Assembly (NCBI GenBank): GCA_035637435.1
Contig: DASPXD010000231.1
Coordinates: 49,215-113,214 of the forward strand
Length of the DNA: 64,000 nucleotides
Reading direction: 5' to 3'
Origin: Gemmatimonadales bacterium
GTDB lineage: Bacteria; Gemmatimonadota; Gemmatimonadetes; Gemmatimonadales; GWC2-71-9
In this document: positions 56,935 to 64,000 of the stretch, in pieces
How the letters are laid out: the number at the start of each line of letters is the position of its first letter
Numbering within the stretch: the first letter of the stretch is position 1
The notes under the pieces: model-generated
The model's database searches: none
Told to the model about the DNA's origin: nothing
What the model saw: the letters and a program-made list of their open reading frames with translations, nothing else
Position numbers and translations under genes: made by a program

Positions 56935-59052
56935 ATGGCAACACGCTCCCGCGCGGCGACGAAGACGCGCGCGCTCCAAAAGGCCGATCTCCTCGATATG
57001 TACCGGCTGATGCTCCTGTCGCGCCGCATCGACGACAAGGAGATTCAGCTCAAGCGTCAGAACAAGATCTTCTTTCAGATCTCGGGCGCCGGCCACGAAG
57101 CAGTGCTCGTCGCCGCCGGCAAGGTGCTGCGGCCCGGCTACGATTGGTTCTATCCATACTACCGCGACCGGGCCCTGGCTCTGACCCTCGGCATGACGCC
57201 GACGGAGATGCTGCTCGCGGGGGTCGGGGCCGCGGACGACCCCAATTCGGGCGGCCGCCAGATGCCTTCCCACTGGGGCCATAAGCAGCTCAACATCGTG
57301 AGCCAGTCGAGCCCCACCGGCACGCAATTCCTCCAGTCGGTCGGCTGCGCGGAGGCGTGGCTCCGCTACGACCGGATCGACGAGATCAAGGACAAGCCGA
57401 TCCACGGCGACGAGATGGTCTACTGCTCCGCCGGTGACGGCACGACCAGCGAGGGCGAGTGGTGGGAAGCGTTGAACAGCGCCACCAACCTCAAGCTGCC
57501 GGTGCTGTTCCTCATCGAGGACAACAAATACGCGATTTCGGTGCCGATCGAGGTGCAGACCGCTGGCGGCTCCGTATCCAAGCTGGTGAGCAACTTCCCC
57601 AATCTCTGCATCGAAGAGGTGGACGGCTGCGACCCGGTGGCCTCTTACGAAGCCATCACTCGCGCCGCGGAGTGGTGCCGGCAGCGCAAGGGGCCGGCGT
57701 TGGTGCACGCGCACGTAATCCGGCCGTACTCGCACTCGCTGTCCGACGATGAGATTCTCTACAAACCTCCGCGCGAGCGCGAGGAAGAAGCCAAGCGTGA
57801 CCCCGTGACCGCGTTCCCCAAACGCCTGCTCGACGAGGGCGTCGCCACGGCGTCCGAGATCGCGGCCATCAAGGCTCAGGTGGAAGAAGAGATACAGGTC
57901 GCGGCGGACATGGCGCTCGCGTCGCCGCAACCCAAGCCGGAATCCGCGCTGCTCTGGGTCTATTCGCCCGACGTCGATCCGACGTCTGAGCAATTCGATA
58001 CCGAAGAAGATCCGCACTTTACCGGCGAGCCCACCACGATGGTGGACTTGCTGAATGGGTGCATGAAAGACGAGATGACGCGCGACCCGCGCATCGTCGT
58101 CTTCGGCCAGGACGTCGCGGACGTCAGCCGGGAGCAATACCTGAAGGAAGTGAAGGGCAAAGGCGGCGTGTTCAAGGTGACGTGGGGCCTGCAGCGCCAG
58201 TTCGGCGGCACCCGCGTCTACAACTCGCCGCTCGCCGAAGCCAACATCATCGGACGCGCGGTCGGCCTCGCGACGCGCGGGCTGAAGCCCGTCGTCGAAA
58301 TCCAGTTCTTCGATTACATCTGGCCGGCATATCACCAGCTGCGCAACGAGCTGGCGACGATCCGCTGGCGCTCGAGCAACGCATTCAGCGCGCCGGTGGT
58401 CGTGCGCGTGACGTACGGCGGCTACCTGAAGGGCGGCTCCGTGTACCACTCGCAGACCGGCGCCGTCGTCTTCACGTCCGTTCCGGGGCTGCGGGTCATC
58501 TGCCCGTCCACCGCCCTGGATGCCAACGGGCTGCTGCGCACGGCGATTCGCTGCGACGATCCCGTCCTCTTCCTCGAACACAAGCACCTCTACCGCCAGA
58601 CCTACAACAAAGCCCCGAATCCCGGCCCCAACTTCATGATTCCGTTCGGGAAAGCGAAGGTGGTGCGGGAGGGGACGGCGCTGACGGTGGTCGCGTATGG
58701 AGCGGTGGTGCAGCGTGCGCTCGTCGCTGCCAAGGGGCTGGAGGAGAGCGAGGGCATCAGCGTCGAAGTCATCGACCTGCGCTCGCTGTCGCCCGTGGAC
58801 TGGGGCACGATCGAAGCCTCCATCCGCAAGACCAACCGCGTGATCGTCGCCTACGAAGACGCGCAGTCGTGGGGCTACGGCGCCGAGATCGCGGCGCGTA
58901 TCGCGGACCAGTGCTTCCCCTGGCTGGACGCGCCGGTCAAGCGCGTGGCGTCGACGGACACGTTCGTCGGGTACGCGCCCGACCTCGAGGACTACATTTT
59001 GCCCCAGGTGGAGGATCTCGCGCAGGCGATGCGCGAGCTGCATGCGTTCTAA
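56935..59052 (+). CDS. Fused 2-oxoacid dehydrogenase E1 component (alpha plus beta subunits in one polypeptide)
   Basis: 705 aa. The N-terminal half has the TPP motif [15 protein letters not shown]. The C-terminal half is E1-beta/transketolase-like ([13 protein letters not shown]). ATG at 56935. Confidence 0.85.
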   Translation: MATRSRAATKTRALQKADLLDMYRLMLLSRRIDDKEIQLKRQNKIFFQISGAGHEAVLVAAGKVLRPGYDWFYPYYRDRALALTLGMTPTEMLLAGVGAADDPNSGGRQMPSHWGHKQLNIVSQSSPTGTQFLQSVGCAEAWLRYDRIDEIKDKPIHGDEMVYCSAGDGTTSEGEWWEALNSATNLKLPVLFLIEDNKYAISVPIEVQTAGGSVSKLVSNFPNLCIEEVDGCDPVASYEAITRAAEWCRQRKGPALVHAHVIRPYSHSLSDDEILYKPPREREEEAKRDPVTAFPKRLLDEGVATASEIAAIKAQVEEEIQVAADMALASPQPKPESALLWVYSPDVDPTSEQFDTEEDPHFTGEPTTMVDLLNGCMKDEMTRDPRIVVFGQDVADVSREQYLKEVKGKGGVFKVTWGLQRQFGGTRVYNSPLAEANIIGRAVGLATRGLKPVVEIQFFDYIWPAYHQLRNELATIRWRSSNAFSAPVVVRVTYGGYLKGGSVYHSQTGAVVFTSVPGLRVICPSTALDANGLLRTAIRCDDPVLFLEHKHLYRQTYNKAPNPGPNFMIPFGKAKVVREGTALTVVAYGAVVQRALVAAKGLEESEGISVEVIDLRSLSPVDWGTIEASIRKTNRVIVAYEDAQSWGYGAEIAARIADQCFPWLDAPVKRVASTDTFVGYAPDLEDYILPQVEDLAQAMRELHAF

Positions 59053-62000
59053 GCCGGCACTCGCCTACACATTCCTATTCTTTCTGTCGGGCGCCACCGG
59101 GCTCATCTACGAGCTCCTCTGGGTCCGCGTCCTGTATCAATCCTTCGGTTCGACAATTCAATCGGTCACGACCGTCGTCGCCGCCTACATGGGCGGCCTC
59201 GGCCTGGGTGCCTGGCTGCTGGGACGCATGGCGGATCGCTCGCCGCGCCCGGCGGTGCTGTACGGCTGGCTCGAGATCGCGATCGGCGTCTTCGGCATCA
59301 TCTCCCCGTTGGTGCTCGCGCTCGCGCACTGGGCCTACATCGGAATCGCGGGCGCGCTCGGCCTCGAAGGCGGCGCAGTCACCGTAGCGCTGCGCTTCGG
59401 GCTCGCCGCGCTCGTGTTGCTCATCCCCACGACACTCATGGGCGGCACCCTGCCGGTGTTGACCCGGGCGCTCATGGGCGAGGATCGGGGGCTGCTGAAG
59501 CCGTGGCTTGGCCGTCTCTATGGCCTGAATACGCTCGGTGCCATGACCGGCACGGCGCTCGCCGGATTCTTTCTGATCGAGTTTGTCGGTGTTCGGGCCT
59601 CGCTCTGGGCGACGGCCGCGGTCAACCTCGCGATTGGCGCCGCTGCGATCGCACTGGGGCGCGACCAGAGTGTCCTTGACCCCGGGCGCCAGCCCGGGGA
59701 AGAACCAATACCGACTCGTGATCACTTGAGAACTCTGGCCCTGATCCTGCTCGGCCTCACCGCCTTTGCCGCTTTGCTCAACGAGATCGCGTGGACTCGC
59801 GTCCTGGTGATGGTCGTCGGCGGATCCACCTATGCCTTCACCCTGATCCTGCTGGTCTTCCTCCTCGGCATCGGCCTCGGCAGCGTGCTGGTCGCCCGGC
59901 GCAGCTTGCCGCGCGCTGATACGGCCGCGAGCGCTGCGCTGGCGCAGGGTGTGACGGGCGTCGGCGCCGCCGCCTTGTTTCTGTTCTTTGGATTCCTGCC
60001 GTCCTACATCATTGCCGTGTTCCAGATTCCCGACCTGAGCGCGGCGTCCCGCTTGGGGCTCATGGGTGTGGCGGTCGGAGCAGTCGTCCTGATTCCGGCG
60101 ATCGGCATGGGGATGACGTTCCCGCTGCTCACCGATCTCACGGCACGCACGCGCCAGGCGCGCGGCGCCGATGTCGGCGCGGCCTACGCCCTCAACACGA
60201 TCGGCAGCATACTCGGCGCGGTGCTCACCGGATTCTTGCTCGTCGTGGTGCTGGGAACCCAGGTCACGCTGCGCGTCGGTCTCGTCGTCAACGGCCTTGC
60301 CGCACTCGCGCTTGCGGCAATCGCCGCGCGCGGTGTCGCCGAAGCCTCAGCCGAGCACCGGCGCCTGCGGGTGCGCGTGCTGGCGGGAGGCGCATTAGGC
60401 ACCCTGGCCCTGTTGTCTGCTGCGGCGGCGCCGGGGTGGAGTACTCGCCTCATCGACCTCGGCCCCACGATCTACGCGCGCCAGCGTATGGACAAGGCGG
60501 AGCGGCAGCGGTTCCTGACGCACCGTGGCGTGCGCCAGCTGGCGTACCGAGAAGGCCCGAATGCCACCGTGAGTGTGTGGGAAGGTGAAACGGGCCGGTC
60601 GCTGCGGGTGAACGGCAAGGTCGACGGATCCGACCGCGGCGACATGGACACGCAGATCATGCTCGGCCTGGCGCCCGCGGCGGCGCGCGTCGCGCCGACG
60701 TCGGCGCTGGTGATCGGGTACGGAACGGGCGTGACCGCCCACGTGCTTGCCAGCGTGCCCGGGCTGACGCGCGTCAAGGTGGTCGAGATCGAGCCGGCCG
60801 TCGTGCAGATGGACAGCTTCTTTCTCGCCGTGAACGACTCGGTGCTTGCCCGGCGCAGAGCGTCGGTCGTCGTCGACGATGCACGCAGCGCCTTCCAACT
60901 GGATCGCGAACGCTACGACGTGATCGTTTCCGAGCCGTCCAATCCGTGGGTTGCGGGCATCGCGACGCTCTACACGCCCGAGTTCTTCCGCATCGCCAAA
61001 GCGCGGCTCGCCGATGACGGCGTCTTCTGCCAATGGATCCAGCTGTATCAGCTGCCGCTGCCGGTCGTCGCCGGGATCGTGCGCAGCCTGCACGAGGTGT
61101 TCCCCCACATCAACGTCTGGTTCGGAGGCACGGCGGACCTGATCGTGCTCGCGTCGGCGCGTCCGCTTACCTACGACCACGACTGGTTGACGCTGTTGCT
61201 GCGTCCGGGCAGTGCAGTAGGAACGCTGTCGCGCGAGTGGCTGAACGTCGAATCGCCGGACCAGTACGCCGGCCGGTTACTCCTCGGGGACTCCGGCGTC
61301 GCACGTCTCGTAACGCGCGCGACCTTTCGCCACAGCGATGACCGGCCGCGGCTCGAGTTTGTCGCGGCACGACGCTTCCTCGATCCCGACGGCGGGACCT
61401 ATGCCGTTTTCGACTCGCTCGTGCAGATCGGCAACCGGGGAGACGCGACGTCGCCGTTCCAGCTGCTGCGGATCCTCGCGGCGCGGCGCAGTGACGCGAG
61501 TCTACTCCCCTACCTCGAGGCCGCCCATCGCGCGCAACCGGATGTGGCGGAGTGGAGCGTTCGCACCGCGGGCATTCGTCTCGCGCTCGGCGATACGGCA
61601 CAAGCGGATTCGCTTCTCAACGTTGTCATCGCTCGCACGCCACGCCCCGACGCTTTGTTGATGCGTGCGCTGCTGGCGGCGGCGCGTAACAAGCCGTCAG
61701 CCGCGATGGCGCTCAGGGAGGCGCTGGCCGCGGGTGCGGACACCGCGCAGGCACGCGCCGCACTTTCGTTGCTCGCCGTGCGGGGCTCCCGCTGGTCGGA
61801 GGCCGCGATCCAGGCGCGTGGTGCACTCAGCGCGGCCGAAGGCACATTCCACCATCCCTTCCCCGGAGAATTCCTCTCCCAAGCGCTCGGCCAGATTGCC
61901 CTGGACGCGCCGGCGCCCCAGGCCGACAGCGTGCTCGGCTACGCGGCGGCACGTCGTCCCGGCTCGGCGCGGTACCGCGAGCTCGCCGCGGTCGCTGCCC

Positions 62001-62176
62001 TACGTGCGGGACGCTGCGAGGAGGCCGCCGCGAGCTTCGTCGAGTTGTTGGATTTCGCGCTACAGCGTGACAACGGTCCCGCGCTGGTACGGGAATGCTG
62101 GGCCGGTCAGGAGCCTACGGTGGGGACTGGGACCTCGGCCCGCCGGGCTGCTGCAGGGGGGAAGGCGAAGCACTGA
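59042..62176 (+). CDS. Fused polytopic membrane domain / spermidine synthase-like domain / C-terminal TPR-like region
   Basis: 1044 aa. About 400 aa of TM helices, then an aminopropyltransferase-like core ([26 protein letters not shown]), then an Ala-rich helical tail. Overlaps the E1 stop by 11 nt. Confidence 0.8.
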   Translation: MRSKPALAYTFLFFLSGATGLIYELLWVRVLYQSFGSTIQSVTTVVAAYMGGLGLGAWLLGRMADRSPRPAVLYGWLEIAIGVFGIISPLVLALAHWAYIGIAGALGLEGGAVTVALRFGLAALVLLIPTTLMGGTLPVLTRALMGEDRGLLKPWLGRLYGLNTLGAMTGTALAGFFLIEFVGVRASLWATAAVNLAIGAAAIALGRDQSVLDPGRQPGEEPIPTRDHLRTLALILLGLTAFAALLNEIAWTRVLVMVVGGSTYAFTLILLVFLLGIGLGSVLVARRSLPRADTAASAALAQGVTGVGAAALFLFFGFLPSYIIAVFQIPDLSAASRLGLMGVAVGAVVLIPAIGMGMTFPLLTDLTARTRQARGADVGAAYALNTIGSILGAVLTGFLLVVVLGTQVTLRVGLVVNGLAALALAAIAARGVAEASAEHRRLRVRVLAGGALGTLALLSAAAAPGWSTRLIDLGPTIYARQRMDKAERQRFLTHRGVRQLAYREGPNATVSVWEGETGRSLRVNGKVDGSDRGDMDTQIMLGLAPAAARVAPTSALVIGYGTGVTAHVLASVPGLTRVKVVEIEPAVVQMDSFFLAVNDSVLARRRASVVVDDARSAFQLDRERYDVIVSEPSNPWVAGIATLYTPEFFRIAKARLADDGVFCQWIQLYQLPLPVVAGIVRSLHEVFPHINVWFGGTADLIVLASARPLTYDHDWLTLLLRPGSAVGTLSREWLNVESPDQYAGRLLLGDSGVARLVTRATFRHSDDRPRLEFVAARRFLDPDGGTYAVFDSLVQIGNRGDATSPFQLLRILAARRSDASLLPYLEAAHRAQPDVAEWSVRTAGIRLALGDTAQADSLLNVVIARTPRPDALLMRALLAAARNKPSAAMALREALAAGADTAQARAALSLLAVRGSRWSEAAIQARGALSAAEGTFHHPFPGEFLSQALGQIALDAPAPQADSVLGYAAARRPGSARYRELAAVAALRAGRCEEAAASFVELLDFALQRDNGPALVRECWAGQEPTVGTGTSARRAAAGGKAKH

Positions 62177-64000
62177 GGACGTCGCGGATCTCGCCCGCGG
62201 CCGCAATGACGTGATCCACATCGCGCGACAGCGCGCGCGCCTGTTGCGTCGCGTGCGTCAGATCGCTCAGCACCGCCGCGACGCCGGCAGACCGCAGCCG
62301 TAGCAAGTCGAAGCGCACATTCTGCATGGCGAGGACGCACGATTCGATTTGCTCCTCGACGTTGCGCCGCCTGCTGAGCAGATCGCTCAACGCCTGACGG
62401 TTCCGCTCGAGCAATGAGAGCTGTCGTTCGCGCTCGCTCCCCTCTTCGTAGCGCTTCACCGCCTCGATCCGCACCTCGATGCGCTCCAGCGCGCCATCGT
62501 CGACGTCGGCGCTCATGCCATGCAGCATCCGCGCGAGCTCCTCGGCGCGCTTGAGCAGCCCGTCGACCGTCGCCACGACGTCGGGCAACAGCTTTCGCTC
62601 CGACGTCGGGACGCGCTCCATGATCTTGAGAATCGCTTCCCGATCGTTGCGCACCTGTCGGACCTTGTCGACGTTGTGCCCGAATTCATCGGCTTTGGGC
62701 GGAGGCAGATTGCGGCGTGGCCCTCCGCCGGAACCGCCCCCCCCCCACCCCGCCCCCCCCAGCGCCTGCTGCGCGTCGGGCGCGGCCGGACGGTTCAGCA
62801 CGTCGCGCCAGGAATAACCCGTCTGCCACAGCTTCATGTACTGCGGCAGCAGGCCAAAGGCGGCCCACGGGACGGTCACGAACAACGACCACCCGAGGCC
62901 GCCGCCCTGAATCATGTCGATCAGCATCAACCCGCCACAGACCGAAGCCCAGGAGACGAACCCGTCACGGAACTTCGCGACCATCTTCGGCTCGCCGGCC
63001 GGCGTCAGGTCAGACTTCGGATCGCGCTTCGTGGGCCGGCTCGCGCGGCGCCGTTCCAGGGGGCGGCCACCGCCGGAGAGCCGCGCCGGGGGTCCACCCC
63101 CGCCACCCCCGCCACCGCCCAGGCGCGTGTTACCGCGAGCCGCGCCCGCCCCGCCGCTGGTGCGGCGCGATGGGCGGTACGGCGGCGCGGTGCGCGATTC
63201 GAGCGCGCGACGCAGCGCGTCTGCTGTCGGCCAACGCGCTTCCGGTTCTTTCTCGAGCGAGCGCATGACGCACGACGCCAGATCGTCCGGGCAGGTCGGT
63301 GTCTTGTCCTGGAGGTTGGGCGCTTGCTCGGTGATTTGTTTGAGCAGCAATCCCGGAACGGTCGGCGCCGAGAAAGGCAACTCACCGGCGAGCATCTGGT
63401 AGCCGACGACGCCCAGGCTGTAGATGTCCGAGCGTCCGTCGATCTCGCGATCGCCCGCGGCCTGCTCCGGGCTCATATAGTGCGGTGTGCCAATCGCGAC
63501 ACCCGTGGCCGTCAGTGTTCCGGGCCCCGTGGTCGAGGTCAGCGCCTTGGCGATTCCGAAATCGGTGAGGACGGTCCTGCCGCGGCTGCCTTCGAGCAGG
63601 ATGTTGTCCGGCTTGACGTCGCGGTGGATGATGCCGAGGGCATGTCCCGCTCCCAATGCATCAGCCGTCTCCATCATGATGCGGCGGGCTTCTTCAGGCG
63701 GCAGTCGCTCGCGGCGTTTGAGGCGCGCCGCGAGCGACTCCCCATCCACGTAGGCCATCACGAAATAGACGAGGCCGTCCGGTCCTTCGCCGACGGAGTG
63801 AATCGGCACGATGTGCGGATGGGACAAGCGCGCGGCCGTTTCCGCCTCGCGCAGGAAGCGGATGCGGATTTCCTCACGGAAGGCGAGCTCCGGCGGCAGG
63901 ACCTTGACCGCCACCTTCCGCTTGAGCCGCTCATCCCGCGCATGGTAGACGACCCCCATCCCGCCGCGGCCAATCTCCCCCTCCAGGGTAAAGGAGGAGC
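62115..64000 (-). CDS. Ser/Thr protein kinase (N-terminus beyond the window) with Gly-rich linker, 2TM segment and C-terminal coiled-coil domain
   Basis: The frame stays open to base 64000 (..EGEIGRGGMGVVY). Kinase motifs HRDVKPDNILL, DFGIA and SPEQ. Hydrophobic pair LMLIDMIQ..WSLFVTVPWAAFGLL. Confidence 0.9.
   Translation of the reverse strand, partial: SSFTLEGEIGRGGMGVVYHARDERLKRKVAVKVLPPELAFREEIRIRFLREAETAARLSHPHIVPIHSVGEGPDGLVYFVMAYVDGESLAARLKRRERLPPEEARRIMMETADALGAGHALGIIHRDVKPDNILLEGSRGRTVLTDFGIAKALTSTTGPGTLTATGVAIGTPHYMSPEQAAGDREIDGRSDIYSLGVVGYQMLAGELPFSAPTVPGLLLKQITEQAPNLQDKTPTCPDDLASCVMRSLEKEPEARWPTADALRRALESRTAPPYRPSRRTSGGAGAARGNTRLGGGGGGGGGPPARLSGGGRPLERRRASRPTKRDPKSDLTPAGEPKMVAKFRDGFVSWASVCGGLMLIDMIQGGGLGWSLFVTVPWAAFGLLPQYMKLWQTGYSWRDVLNRPAAPDAQQALGGAGWGGGGSGGGPRRNLPPPKADEFGHNVDKVRQVRNDREAILKIMERVPTSERKLLPDVVATVDGLLKRAEELARMLHGMSADVDDGALERIEVRIEAVKRYEEGSERERQLSLLERNRQALSDLLSRRRNVEEQIESCVLAMQNVRFDLLRLRSAGVAAVLSDLTHATQQARALSRDVDHVIAAAGEIRDVLSASPSPLQQPGGPRSQSPP

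Noticed and set aside
56917-59043. 708-aa ORF antisense to the fused E1 gene
   Set aside because: Same reasoning: the plus-strand product has TPP-binding and E1-beta motifs, and the antisense frame is a featureless Arg/Asp/Val-rich translation.

Overview
High-GC, very compact bacterial chromosomal segment. Genes are tightly packed and many are translationally coupled through ATGA/GTGA/TGATG stop-start overlaps. The gene content is loosely reminiscent of Gemmatimonadota-like lineages, but I cannot verify taxonomy from one window. I saw no rRNA, tRNA, CRISPR array, transposase, integrase or phage genes. Most of the window is housekeeping: thiC with a TPP riboswitch, def, sufBCD-sufU-sufS, an ABC-2 exporter, mnmG, queG, glpD, a thiolase/FadJ-like pair, proline dehydrogenase, rsgA and several peptidases and hydrolases. 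A centromere-proximal block has two perfect 16-bp parS palindromes followed by parA-parB-M23 peptidase-bactofilin. Just downstream is an AT-rich intergenic region with DnaA-box-like motifs. The candidates most worth follow-up are all hypotheses built from motifs and gene order. (1) Three colinear paralogous ~395-aa secreted TPR proteins interleaved with an M1 and an S41 peptidase (48.9-56.9 kb). (2) An ECF sigma operon whose putative anti-sigma factor carries a CBM48/AMPK-GBD-like module that recurs on a co-operonic beta-barrel-like protein (20.0-22.8 kb). (3) A co-directional cluster of PLP enzyme, LOG, deoxyhypusine-synthase-like protein, MFS, ATP-grasp ligase and a 4x zinc-ribbon HExxH protein (28.0-34.5 kb). 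(4) A TsdA-like dihaem cytochrome c coupled to a Tat-exported, possibly DsrE-like protein. (5) A low-GC four-helix-bundle (Avd / 23S-IVS family) gene flanked by imperfect inverted repeats. Many long ORFs in the track are antisense or N-terminally extended artefacts of the high GC content, and I trimmed or rejected them. No homology search was possible, so all family assignments rest on recognised motifs.
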